A stretch of DNA of 64,000 nt from Candidatus Parcubacteria bacterium (GTDB lineage Bacteria > Patescibacteriota > Patescibacteriia > Patescibacteriales > UBA12075): the NCBI GenBank assembly GCA_963814275.1, contig CAWFCE010000002.1, positions 939,263 to 1,003,262 on the forward strand, given 5' to 3'. Made by a program: the position numbers and the translations under genes. The notes under the pieces are model-generated. The model was not told the origin of the DNA, ran no database searches, and saw only the letters and a program-made list of their open reading frames with translations. Of the stretch, positions 44,102 through 53,403 are shown one piece after another (within the stretch, counting starts at the first letter, position 1; each line of letters begins with the position of its first letter).

Positions 44102-44272
44102 CCGGTTCAAATTTCGAATTACGAATGTCGAATGACGAATACGATCCCAGATTTACGATTTTCGATTTTCGAATGACAAACATTGTTCCGCGTTTAGATC
44201 CGCGACTATCCGCGGTAAAGCCAGTTAAAAGATATTATTTTTTTTAAACGAATACCGATTTAAATCCTCCGT

Positions 44273-44614
44273 ATGCATTTTTTATTAAAATGGCTGATTT
44301 CGGCCTTGGCGATAATCTTGACGGCTTATCTTTTGCCCGGCATCACGGTGGCCGGTTTTTGGACGGCGATCTGGCTGGCGGCATTGTTGGCCATAATTAA
44401 CGTTATTCTGAGGCCGATCCTGATCATCCTGACCCTGCCGATCAATATCATTACTTTGGGGCTGTTCACGTTCGTGATCAACGCCTTGCTAATTCTCCTG
44501 GCATCATCTATAATAAAAGGCTTCGAGGTCAGCGGCTTCTGGTACGCCATGCTATTCTCGATAGTACTATCGATTATCAGCTATATATTAAACTCTTTAT
44601 TTAAGACTAAATAA
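44273..44614 (+). CDS. Four-TM membrane protein of the YvlD/DUF360 'phage holin family IV' type
   Basis: 113 aa. LKWLISALAIILTAYLLPGI ... INVILRPILIILTLPINIITLGLFTFVINALLILL pattern. Confidence 0.65.
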   Translation: MHFLLKWLISALAIILTAYLLPGITVAGFWTAIWLAALLAIINVILRPILIILTLPINIITLGLFTFVINALLILLASSIIKGFEVSGFWYAMLFSIVLSIISYILNSLFKTK

Positions 44615-44668
44615 GCAACAATAGTTATCATGTTAATTGTCAAATGTTAATTGTCAATTGTCATATTC

Positions 44669-44739
44669 CGGGCTGTGGTATAGTGGTATTACGCACGATT
44701 CGGGTTCGTGTAATGGCGGTTCAATTCCGCCCAGCCCGA
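44669..44739 (+). tRNA. tRNA-Pro (anticodon CGG)
   Basis: Manual cloverleaf: acceptor CGGGCTG/CAGCCCG (C1:G72). D arm GTAT-AGTGGTA-TTAC. Anticodon arm CACGA-TTCGGGT-TCGTG with G37. 4-nt variable loop. T arm GGCGG-TTCAATT-CCGCC. Discriminator A. No encoded CCA. Confidence 0.9.
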
Positions 44740-44748
44740 CACCATACG

Positions 44749-44776
44749 AAAAACGGACCATTAGGTCCGTTTTTCT
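44749..44776 (+). terminator. Rho-independent terminator after tRNA-Pro
   Basis: AAACGGACC-ATTA-GGTCCGTTT followed by TTC. Confidence 0.8.
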
Positions 44777-45007
44777 TATTGCATCAGGCTCGAAAATAAA
44801 AGCGCCAAATGGACTGGGCGCTAAAGACGCATTTGAATGGTTGATTAATTGCCGCCAAAATGGTAATTTATAGTTAATATAAGTGCATCTGAATCTAGTG
44901 TAGCCAAGCCCAAAGTCAAAGATTAGATGAAAAGTATATTATAAAATATTAATGTTAAATTAATTTTAACAAAGTATAATTTTAACATAGCAGTTAAAAA
45001 CCTTTAT

Positions 45008-47617
45008 ATGGTTATCTCTAAAATAAAATCAGGCGGAAAAGGAAAAACGGCTGCACTTAAGCCAGCCAAGCGCACGCCAAGGAAAAAGACGGTAATCAGG
45101 GCGAAGAAGCCGTCCGTGGCGAAAGCGGGGACAAAAAATGACTTTCCGGTTGTTGCGGTCGGCGCATCGGCCGGGGGCATCGAAGCTTTCAAGGAATTTA
45201 TTTCGCAAATTCACGCGAAAAGCGGCATTGCTATCGTATATATACTGCATATGTCGGTAGACAGAAAAAGTATCTTGAACGTAGTGCTCGGGCGCTACAC
45301 CGATTTCAAGGTCCAGCTGGTCAGCGGCCCGACCGAGATCAAACCGGCTACGATATATATCGCTCCGCCCGATAAGGAGATCGCTATTTTGGGCGGCTGG
45401 ATCAATCCGATGGAAATGCTGCCGGCCCATGGCGTACGCTATCCGATCGATTATTTTTTCCGTTCCCTGGCGGATGATCGGCGGGAGAGAGCCATCTGCC
45501 TGCTGCTTTCGGGCGCCGGGTCGGACGGTACGCTGGGTCTCAAAGCGGTAAAGGGAAGAGGCGGCCTGGCAATGGTCCAGAATCCCGATTCGGCCAAATA
45601 CGACCGAATGCCTTTGAGCGCCATCACATCCGGCTACGTGGACTATATATTGCCGCCGAAGCAATTGGCTGCCCAGCTTATCAAATATTTGAAGCACCCC
45701 TATATTGCCAGAACTGAGAAGGGCAAGGGCGCCATTGCCGGTGACCGTGAAAATTTCCCTAGAGTATTCGCAATCGTGCGCGGCCAGACCGGACATGATT
45801 TTTCCGGCTATAAGAAGGACTATTTGACGCGCCGGATCGAAAAACGGATGGCCATAACACAGGTCGACAGTTTGGCCGCTTACCTCAAGTATCTCAAGAA
45901 CAGTCCGCAAGAAGTCGAAGCTCTCTTCAGGGAATTCATGATCGGGGTTACCAAATTCTTCCGCGACCCCGCTGCCTATCGGGCATTCCGGGAAGAGGCC
46001 TTGCCCGGCCTGGTCAATAGGAAAGCCTCGACTGATCCGATCCGGATCTGGGTTCCCGGCTGTTCGACCGGAGAAGAAGCTTATTCACTGGCTATCGTCC
46101 TCAGGGAATATCTATCCGACAATAACCTTAACCGGGAGTGGCAGATTTTCGCCACCGATATCGATAATGTAGCCCTGGAAAAAGCGCGGCGGGCCGAATT
46201 TCCCGACCAGATCGCGGCCGATATCGGGCAACAGCGTCTGGAAAAGAATTTTGACCATAGGGGCAACAAGTATGTCATCAAAAAGAATATCCGGGAAAAT
46301 ATGGTTTTCGCGGCGCAAAACACCATCAAAGACCCGCCTTATTCCCGCCTGGATATCATCAGTTGCCGCAATTTACTGATCTATCTCAGCAGTGAACTGC
46401 AGCATAAGCTGCTGCCAGTATTCCATTATGTCCTGAACGAAAACGGCATCTTATTCCTCGGTCCCTACGAGAGCGTCAGCCGGCACGATAATCTCTTCAA
46501 GCCGATCGATAAAAAATGGAAAATTTACCGGCGTAAAAACACCATCTCCGACCAGCGGGCGATCTCGCGGATGACTACAGGCTCCCTTGAGGGAGGCGGG
46601 GGCGGACTACCGCTCGTACCGCCTCGCGAATCGAAAAAAGACATAGACCCGCAGAAGGTAACGGAAAGATATTTGTTGGAAAAGTATTCTCCGGATGTCT
46701 TGATGGCCGATGAGGCCGGCAACATCCTCTACATGCACGGCCAAATAAGCCGGTTTTTGGAACACGGCACCGGCAAGCCAAGCCTGAATATTCTCGATAT
46801 CGCCAATAGCGGCTTCCGCTCGCTCCTGGGCCCGCTTATGCGCAAAGCGGTCCAGAGCCGCAAAGAAGTGCGGATCAAGGGGGTGAGGCTGAAAATAAAC
46901 GGTGCCGATCGCAAGCTGAATATTACCATCAGACCGGTGAAGGAGGCCGATAACCTGTATCTGATGGTTTTTGATCTGACCAAGGACGGCAAGGAGAGCC
47001 GGGAATCCGCAGCCGGCAAAACCGTGTCCGCGCCGCAGGAGCGTTTGGCCAGGAGCTTGAAAATGGAATTGGACCTTACCAGGGAGAACCTGCAAAATAC
47101 GATCGAAGACCTGAAAGCTTCCAACGAAGAGATACAGTCGTCAAACGAAGAGCTCTTAAGCACCAATGAGGAAATGGAAACGTCCAAGGAGGAATTGCAG
47201 TCGGTCAACGAAGAATTGACTACGGTCAATACGGAATTACAAGGCAAGATCGAAGAACTGACCCGCGCCAATAACGATATCGACAATCTGCTTTCCAGCA
47301 CGGAGATCGCTACGGTATTTCTGGATATGGATTTCCGGATCAGGCGGTTTACCTCGCATATCTCGAAGATCCTCAATTTGATCGAAAGCGACTTGGGGCG
47401 GCCGATGACGCAGATCGCCACCAATCTGAAAGGGATCGACATTCTGACGGAAGTCCGGACTATGCTCAAGACCCTGGCATTGCGGGAAAAGGAAGTCCAG
47501 ATGAAGAATGGCAGCCATTATCTGATGAGAATCATGCCATATCGTACCGCCAGCGGGGGCGTGGACGGCACCATAATCGTCTTTGTTAAGTTGATAAAAT
47601 ACAAGCCGGTCCATTGA
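45008..47617 (+). CDS. CheB-like methylesterase / CheR-like methyltransferase / coiled-coil / PAS fusion protein
   Basis: 869 aa. CheB-type FPVVAVGASAGGIEAF...LLSGAGSDG. CheR-type FFRD...IWVPGCSTGEEAYSLA...ISCRNLLIYL. Heptad region SNEEIQSSNEELLSTNEEMETSKEELQSVNEEL. C-terminal PAS. Confidence 0.85.
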   Translation: MVISKIKSGGKGKTAALKPAKRTPRKKTVIRAKKPSVAKAGTKNDFPVVAVGASAGGIEAFKEFISQIHAKSGIAIVYILHMSVDRKSILNVVLGRYTDFKVQLVSGPTEIKPATIYIAPPDKEIAILGGWINPMEMLPAHGVRYPIDYFFRSLADDRRERAICLLLSGAGSDGTLGLKAVKGRGGLAMVQNPDSAKYDRMPLSAITSGYVDYILPPKQLAAQLIKYLKHPYIARTEKGKGAIAGDRENFPRVFAIVRGQTGHDFSGYKKDYLTRRIEKRMAITQVDSLAAYLKYLKNSPQEVEALFREFMIGVTKFFRDPAAYRAFREEALPGLVNRKASTDPIRIWVPGCSTGEEAYSLAIVLREYLSDNNLNREWQIFATDIDNVALEKARRAEFPDQIAADIGQQRLEKNFDHRGNKYVIKKNIRENMVFAAQNTIKDPPYSRLDIISCRNLLIYLSSELQHKLLPVFHYVLNENGILFLGPYESVSRHDNLFKPIDKKWKIYRRKNTISDQRAISRMTTGSLEGGGGGLPLVPPRESKKDIDPQKVTERYLLEKYSPDVLMADEAGNILYMHGQISRFLEHGTGKPSLNILDIANSGFRSLLGPLMRKAVQSRKEVRIKGVRLKINGADRKLNITIRPVKEADNLYLMVFDLTKDGKESRESAAGKTVSAPQERLARSLKMELDLTRENLQNTIEDLKASNEEIQSSNEELLSTNEEMETSKEELQSVNEELTTVNTELQGKIEELTRANNDIDNLLSSTEIATVFLDMDFRIRRFTSHISKILNLIESDLGRPMTQIATNLKGIDILTEVRTMLKTLALREKEVQMKNGSHYLMRIMPYRTASGGVDGTIIVFVKLIKYKPVH

Positions 47618-47686
47618 ACAACCGGTGTGGCTGTCCGCAAAATGATTTAACAAACGTTTTTAGGCGAAAATACCCCAGCGAATAAT

Positions 47687-48976
47687 ATGAATAAAGAAAG
47701 TAAAAACGAGGTGAAGCGTTTTAGACATTTGCGGCAAATGGCCCAGGAAAAATTATGGAAGAACGGCAATGACATGGGACAATTGGCGGATAAGGACGCG
47801 AACTATCTGCTCGAAGAATTGAAAGTCCACCAGATAGAACTGGAAATGCAGAACGAAGAGCTCAAGAAAAGCGAGCGTGAGCTTACGGAAGCGCGTGATA
47901 AATTTTCCGATCTCTATTATAACGCGCCGGTCGGGTATGCGACCTTTGACAGCGCCGGACGGGTGCATGAAGCCAATAATACTCTGGTCAATAAGCTGGG
48001 CGTCGATCGGCAGGCGGTGATCGGCAAGCTATTTTCCGACCATATTGCCAGGGAATTCCAGGATCAGTTTTATTTTTTTTGCCGGCATATTTCTGGCCAA
48101 GGCAAACAGACGGTTGAGTTGGAATTGAAGGCAAGGGATGGGGCAGTACTGCATGTCATAATAAACGGCATGGCTTTGCTGGATAGTGAGCGTAATTCAG
48201 CGGTTTTTCGCGCCGCGATCATTGACATCACGGACCTTAAACAGGCGGTAGATAGGATCCATGAGCACCAGTTGACAATAGAACGGATGGAAGCGATCGA
48301 AAAGGCGAACCAGGAAATAGACGATCTGACTTATCTGGTGTCGGAAAACCTGCGTTCACCGGTCCGCTACATCGCGGGCTTTGCCGATGCCCTCAGGGAA
48401 GAAGCGGCGGATAAGCTGAATGAACGTGAAAATCATTATTTGGAACGCATCAGCAATGCCAGCAAACAACTGGGGCACGTACTCGACAGTTTGACCCGCC
48501 TGTCCCAGCTGACCCGGGGCAAGATCTATGCCCGCCAGGTTAATCTAAGCAAAATAATCGAAACTGCAATTCAGGAAGCCAGAGCCCTGAATCCCGAGAT
48601 CAAATTCAAAACCAGGATCACACCCGATATTTTCGCTTTGGCCGACGGCCTTTATATCGAGCATGCCCTGGACAACCTGGTATCCTATATATCCCGTTTG
48701 CCCGTATCGCAAGATCCGGTCACTATCGTCTTTGAGACCTCGCGCAAGGATGGCAAAATCAGCTATTGTCTGGCCGCCGAAGGTATCAATATCAGCCCCG
48801 ATATGGGCTCCGCGTTGTTTGAGCCTTATAAGCATGGTCGTAAAACGCCCTCGGAAAGTTCGGAAAATATGAATATTCCGCTAACCGTGACCAAAAGGAT
48901 CATCGTCCACCACGGCGGCCAGATCTGGGTGGAAAGCGAAAGCAAAGACAGGATCGAATTCTGCTTTACGCTTTAG
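47687..48976 (+). CDS. PAS domain protein with a degenerate histidine-kinase core (pseudokinase)
   Basis: 429 aa. Coiled coil plus PAS. The H-box position reads LVSENLRSPVR (expected SHDLRxPL, so His to Glu). The N-box is NLVSYISRL (second Asn lost). G1 is AEGINI. G2 is replaced by NMNIPL. HGGQIWVESE is retained. Confidence 0.75.
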   Translation: MNKESKNEVKRFRHLRQMAQEKLWKNGNDMGQLADKDANYLLEELKVHQIELEMQNEELKKSERELTEARDKFSDLYYNAPVGYATFDSAGRVHEANNTLVNKLGVDRQAVIGKLFSDHIAREFQDQFYFFCRHISGQGKQTVELELKARDGAVLHVIINGMALLDSERNSAVFRAAIIDITDLKQAVDRIHEHQLTIERMEAIEKANQEIDDLTYLVSENLRSPVRYIAGFADALREEAADKLNERENHYLERISNASKQLGHVLDSLTRLSQLTRGKIYARQVNLSKIIETAIQEARALNPEIKFKTRITPDIFALADGLYIEHALDNLVSYISRLPVSQDPVTIVFETSRKDGKISYCLAAEGINISPDMGSALFEPYKHGRKTPSESSENMNIPLTVTKRIIVHHGGQIWVESESKDRIEFCFTL

Positions 48977-49235
48977 GGGTAGTATTTTGGCGGTAAATTC
49001 TGGAGATTGTTTAAACAGGAGGCGTATTCATGAAAAAAAGGTTTTTAATATTTTTGTTGCCGGTTCGGTTTTGATCATCTTGTCGATGAAGTTCGCATTT
49101 TTGTTCGATGCGACATGAATTTCGGCTTGTCTGGCAATTTAGCCAGGCAGGCTATTTTTTATAAAAATAAATATCGGTAGGAAAAAAGTCCAGACAAAAT
49201 TTTGCCTGGACTTTTACTGTTTGTTATTAGACGGC

Positions 49236-49931
49236 TCAATAATACACGGCGAAGCGGCCGCGCAGGTACCAATTCTGCACCGAACGGTGGAATGCGTACC
49301 ATTCGCCATTCAGGCTGAGCGGCACCCGGTTGATCTCATCGAATTGTCCGTCGTAGTAGGCACTTCCGGCCAAAAAAGCATTCAGTTCATCCGCGTTGAC
49401 CCCGGTTTGCAGTATCTTCATGGAGTCCCAGCCGAGATCGGAATTATCTTTCTTGTCCGGGCTTGTCTGTATCCCATGGAAGAATCCCAGGTCAAAGAAG
49501 CTGTCATGGCCTGACTGTTCGTTTTTCAGGGTCATGAGCGCCAGATCGGCCTTGATCTGCTTTTGCTCATGTATTGACGCGAACACTCCTGTCAGGGTGG
49601 CCAGCGGAGCCGCGGCGATGAAGAACAGACAGATATACGCGACAGTCTGCGCCCACCATGAGCTATCCCGGACCATTATTGCGTATACGACAAGCAGGAT
49701 AATGAACGGGACGATGGGAAATGAGGGAAAGTCCGCCCTTTCCACCCATTCCAAGTTAAAATACAATCTGGGTCTGGCATATGGACTGTCCCGAGGGCCA
49801 TCGACGAGGAATTTGAGGGAAACGGATGACGAGTCTACCATTTTGGTACTGCTATAACCGCCCAGGACAGCCAGCCTGCCGCCCAGGAGATCCTTCCAGC
49901 CGGCGGGGTTATTTACGATTTTAATCTTCAT
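49236..49931 (-). CDS. Hypothetical membrane protein
   Basis: 231-aa ORF with two central hydrophobic helices (FPIVPFIILLVVYAIMV, VAYICLFFIAAAPLATLTGVFA). No recognised motif. Confidence 0.5.
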   Translation of the reverse strand: MKIKIVNNPAGWKDLLGGRLAVLGGYSSTKMVDSSSVSLKFLVDGPRDSPYARPRLYFNLEWVERADFPSFPIVPFIILLVVYAIMVRDSSWWAQTVAYICLFFIAAAPLATLTGVFASIHEQKQIKADLALMTLKNEQSGHDSFFDLGFFHGIQTSPDKKDNSDLGWDSMKILQTGVNADELNAFLAGSAYYDGQFDEINRVPLSLNGEWYAFHRSVQNWYLRGRFAVYY

Positions 49932-50199
49932 TTCATCTCCTTTTCTGCCATTCGGCTGATCGGTTTGATCGGTACTTAACGATATCGATTATTGGAAAGA
50001 GCGCTTATTTGATTTTGATTGTATATTTTGGCACTATTTCCATATTTTGTAAATACAATCCGTTATAGAGCTTAAAAACCGCATCGAAGCCAGCGGGTGG
50101 TTTTTTAAGCCATATTTTGCCTATATTTTCCGCATCAGCTATAATAAGGGGGCAAACGAATCGTTCATTCGCAATTCCCGAAGAAAGGAGAATTATGAA

Positions 50200-50757
50200 A
50201 TGCCTTTACTCCAAGAACACATTGCCATTGGCTTGGCTATCCTGGCGGCATCGCAAAAATTAGACCCGGAAAAATGGCACTGGCAATCCATCACGGCCGC
50301 TACACTGTCGATCGCCTCGGATTTCGATGCGCTACCCGGTTTCTTTTGGCGCGGCGACTGGCACTATTACCACCGGCAAGGGGCACATAGCCTGTTCTAT
50401 TCGATATTAGCCGGCTATCTGGCCGTCTTATTATTGCGCTTGGTCACTAAGCGCGAGCTGCTCTCGCCGTGGATCGCCTCTGCCATTGCTCTTTCCCATG
50501 TAGTAGCCGATTATCTCTTCAGTCCCTGGCAGGTCGAGCTCTATTGGCCGCTGCCGCTGGCCTGCGTGGCGCCTCACGAAGGCCTGCTCAGGCTATTGGC
50601 CCCGACTGGCCCCACACCCCGCGCCTGGTTCATCGACCTGTCCTGTCTTGCCGTTATCCTGCTCGTATATTGGCACGGCCGCCAGCCGCCGCAGACGGGA
50701 ATGACTCCGGCCAGACTGCCATTCATGTTCCGCCTAATAGCACACAGCCAGCCGTAA
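50200..50757 (+). CDS. Membrane protein, possibly YdjM/DUF457-type metal-dependent hydrolase
   Basis: 185 aa. The ATG is preceded by GAAAGGAG. Multiple TM helices. HRQGAHSLFYS resembles the HRG-x-THS motif of DUF457. Weak call. Confidence 0.4.
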   Translation: MPLLQEHIAIGLAILAASQKLDPEKWHWQSITAATLSIASDFDALPGFFWRGDWHYYHRQGAHSLFYSILAGYLAVLLLRLVTKRELLSPWIASAIALSHVVADYLFSPWQVELYWPLPLACVAPHEGLLRLLAPTGPTPRAWFIDLSCLAVILLVYWHGRQPPQTGMTPARLPFMFRLIAHSQP

Positions 50758-50763
50758 GACCGT

Positions 50764-50796
50764 AAGCCGCTTCTCACAAACAGGAGCGGCTTTTTT
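50764..50796 (+). terminator. Rho-independent terminator
   Basis: AAGCCGCT / AGCGGCTT stem followed by TTTTTT. Confidence 0.7.
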
Positions 50797-50822
50797 CGAT
50801 TGAATATGCGACGTATTACAAC

Positions 50823-50852
50823 CGTAGGGGCGTAGCGCGCTACGCCCCTACG
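50823..50852. repeat. Perfect 30-nt palindrome of the CGTAGGGGC family
   Basis: CGTAGGGGCGTAGCG|CGCTACGCCCCTACG. Confidence 0.9.
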
Positions 50853-50929
50853 TTTCCATGGCCATATGTTTGCGATTCTAAATAAAAAACAAGCGGATAA
50901 TAGTCGGATATTACGGCAGAATTATCCAC

Positions 50930-50957
50930 TTGATATTTTTCTGAATATTGGTATAAT
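50930..50957 (+). promoter_or_regulatory. Near-consensus sigma70-type promoter (TTGATA-16-TGGTATAAT)
   Basis: -35 TTGATA (50930-50935). 16-nt spacer ending in TGG (extended -10). -10 TATAAT (50952-50957). Confidence 0.55.
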
Positions 50958-50964
50958 TATAATC

Positions 50965-51212
50965 AGGCACATATGTTATTTCCGATAATCTCCAAACGGG
51001 GGTGCCGGCGCAGCACTTTGCCTCCAGCAAACATTGGCTTTGAAAGGGGCCGCTATGACCATTCTCAAAATTTCCACTCACCGCGGCAGCAACTAGTTGC
51101 GGCCGCACCCGATGTCCTTTTGTTTCAAAACGAAACAGCGCGACGAAGTAAGTCGCAACCACACCCCGAGGGGCGAGCATTCTGTGCACACAGACATCCG
51201 CCCCCTTTTTTT
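50965..51212 (+). ncRNA. Candidate about 245-nt non-coding transcript between a strong promoter and a strong terminator
   Basis: Bounded by the promoter above and by GGGGCG...CGCCCC (51170-51204) plus TTTTTTT (51206-51212). The interior has several stems: palindrome GCAACTAGTTGC, TGTTTC-AAAAC-GAAACA, GCGAC-GAAGTAA-GTCGC. The only ORFs (50973..51347 +, 50911..51189 -) read through the terminator and look non-protein-like. Confidence 0.35.
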
Positions 51213-51373
51213 ACTCAAATTTACCGGATTGCTTGTAATATGTTCGAATATTTGCTAGTATTATTTGTCGTACCTTTGAAATTAGTTTTGACGATTATCT
51301 ATGGCGGGCCGGGTATTCCCGGGAAAAGAAGCCTGGTCCATGTTTAATAACCAAAAAATGACAGGAGGATGTC

Positions 51374-52123
51374 ATGAATAACATTGCCAAAGGGAAACAG
51401 AAAACAGTTGTCGAGGGACTTTTAACCGGATTTCCCGCATCGGTTTACGATCCGGACCTGGCCACGGTATTCAAGGTGACCGTCGATACCGGAGCCAGTA
51501 TCTATGCGCAGATCCTCTGGCTTAAGATGGAGCTCAAAAAATGGGTCACAATATTGAATGAAAAAAGCTGGGCTCAGGTTTTGGATGCGGCAGTTTCGGT
51601 AAACAAATCGAATCAGACAAAGCTCGTCCTAGAGCTCATCACCAACGGACGCTATACAGGCAGCGCTGATCTGCACCCGCTGATGAATCGCATTTTGTTC
51701 GGCCAGGTCAATAGGCTGCTGCAAGAGCTGATTATGGCGAACTTTCCGCCACCTTTCTATTATCGGGACCCGCTGATGAAGGCTGGCGCGAATATCATGT
51801 TCAGTTTCCCCAGACATTCGTTTTTGAACCGGCAGTGGGAGGCCAATGAGATCCGGCAATCACAAAAAAGCGAGGTGCAAAATGCGCTCGAAGAGACCGC
51901 CAGGGAATTCGAGCTTGAGCTCGTGTCGTTCCGAATGGAACCGGGATCGGACACTGGCGCCTTGCTGACGGTCAGGCTGTGCACGGATCAAAACATCAAG
52001 AGGCGGCACCGGATAGGGCAAAGATTCCGGAAAACATTGCACGGGTATGATATTCCGGCCAATTATCCGGAATTCGAAGAGGAGTTTTTACCCCCGCTTT
52101 CTAGCGGAGATCGGCCCTGTTAG
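51374..52123 (+). CDS. Hypothetical protein (cassette 1)
   Basis: 249-aa ORF preceded by ACAGGAGGATGTC-ATG. No recognisable domain. Confidence 0.6.
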   Translation: MNNIAKGKQKTVVEGLLTGFPASVYDPDLATVFKVTVDTGASIYAQILWLKMELKKWVTILNEKSWAQVLDAAVSVNKSNQTKLVLELITNGRYTGSADLHPLMNRILFGQVNRLLQELIMANFPPPFYYRDPLMKAGANIMFSFPRHSFLNRQWEANEIRQSQKSEVQNALEETAREFELELVSFRMEPGSDTGALLTVRLCTDQNIKRRHRIGQRFRKTLHGYDIPANYPEFEEEFLPPLSSGDRPC

Positions 52124-52164
52124 CGAAACAACAACCGACACAAACTCGGCCGATAATGGCCAAA

Positions 52165-52238
52165 CGCCTTGCATGGATACGCAAGGCGATTTTTATTTTT
52201 GGTTAAGGTTTGAATTTGAGCTAGAATAATGCTAAATT
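52165..52238 (+). promoter_or_regulatory. Conserved terminator-promoter junction, copy 1
   Basis: Hairpin CGCCTTGC-ATGGATAC-GCAAGGCG plus ATTTTTATTTTTGG. Then TTAAGGTTTGAATT with -35 TTGAAT (52210), a 17-nt spacer, and TAAATT (52233). Confidence 0.55.
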
Positions 52239-52285
52239 GGGAGCTACGAAAAATCCGCACAATAAAAAAAGAAAGGAGGGGAGCG

Positions 52286-52708
52286 ATGCTGTCATCACCA
52301 TGGGCGATCTGGCCGTTGAATTTGATGGCCGTTTATCTGATCGGTGAAACGGTCGAGGAATATGAACATTGCCTGTACTGCCCCAAGGCAGGTCGGGAAA
52401 GCTACTACAGAGCGAATCTGAACAGGGCGCTGCAGTTCATAATGCTATTCATGCTACTGTATGTATTGATCTTGTTCCAGCTTGTCTGGTCATATCTTGC
52501 CGTTGCCGTGATAATTTGCGGGATAGCCGCCTGGCATGAACACAAATCGGATATTCCGGGCCAGGATTATATGCCGGAGAGAATGTTGGAATTTCTGTGC
52601 ATGCTGTTAATCCACCAGATCTTCATTTGGCTTGAGTCCGGGAGATTTTTATCCGGCTATTTTCAAGTCTTCCGGCCGATTCTGCTGGCCTACAAAATGT
52701 TTTTTTGA
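52286..52708 (+). CDS. Hypothetical membrane protein (cassette 2)
   Basis: ATG at 52286 preceded by AAAGGAGGGGAGCG (the track ORF starts at 52229). 140 aa, four hydrophobic helices. Confidence 0.6.
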   Translation: MLSSPWAIWPLNLMAVYLIGETVEEYEHCLYCPKAGRESYYRANLNRALQFIMLFMLLYVLILFQLVWSYLAVAVIICGIAAWHEHKSDIPGQDYMPERMLEFLCMLLIHQIFIWLESGRFLSGYFQVFRPILLAYKMFF

Positions 52709-52751
52709 ACATTTATCCCTTGGGGGATGAGATCTGTCAGGACCGAACCTG

Positions 52752-52830
52752 AATCCTTGCGGACACGAATTGTACGCAAGGATTTTATTTTTGGCTAAGG
52801 TTTGATTTAGAGAGTAAAAAATGTTATGGT
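52752..52830 (+). promoter_or_regulatory. Conserved terminator-promoter junction, copy 2
   Basis: Hairpin AATCCTTGCG...CGCAAGGATT plus TTTATTTTTGG. Then CTAAGGTTTGATTT with -35 TTGATT (52802), a 17-nt spacer, and TATGGT (52825). Confidence 0.55.
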
Positions 52831-52875
52831 TAAGTTATATTCAATCTAAGTCAGGCATATTTTTATTTTAAATAA

Positions 52876-53403
52876 ATGAATTACGCTTTTATCGACAGTA
52901 ACAATTTGAATTTGGGCATCTCTAATGATGTTACCAACAGCCGGGGGCGGAAAATATACGCCGGCTGGAAGCTTGATTACAAGCGCTTCCGGGTCTATCT
53001 GGAGGATAAATACGATGTCGGGAAGGCGTTTTTGTTTATCGGATTCATGCCGGGCAATCAGGCCATGTATACGAAATTGCAGGAATACGGATATATTTGC
53101 GTATTCAAGCCGACCCTGGAATTGAAGGACGGCCGTACCAAGGGAAATGTGGACGCGGAGCTGGTTTTGCACGCGATGATCGAATATTCGAATTTTGATC
53201 AGGCGCTTATCGTCTCGAGCGACGGGGATTTCTACGGTCTGATCGAATATTTGCTGCAAAATAAAAAATTAAAAAAAGTACTGGTTCCGAACCAGTACAG
53301 TTATTCCAGCCTATTGGACCGCCTCAGTACGCCGAACAATAATATTTTGCACTTTGCCAACAGGCTAAAGCGAAAGTTGGCTTATAAAACCCGGCGCAAA
53401 TGA
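52876..53403 (+). CDS. NYN-domain (LabA/DUF88-like) putative ribonuclease (cassette 3)
   Basis: 175 aa. YAFIDSNNL, KGNVDAELVLHAM and ALIVSSDGDFYGLIEYL match the NYN/PIN-like acidic residue pattern. Confidence 0.7.
   Translation: MNYAFIDSNNLNLGISNDVTNSRGRKIYAGWKLDYKRFRVYLEDKYDVGKAFLFIGFMPGNQAMYTKLQEYGYICVFKPTLELKDGRTKGNVDAELVLHAMIEYSNFDQALIVSSDGDFYGLIEYLLQNKKLKKVLVPNQYSYSSLLDRLSTPNNNILHFANRLKRKLAYKTRRK

Noticed and set aside
50973-51347. 124-aa ORF downstream of the strong promoter
   Set aside because: It reads straight through a GC hairpin and T7 terminator. Its composition is Arg/Pro/His-rich and non-protein-like, and it has no RBS. It is treated instead as part of a non-coding unit.
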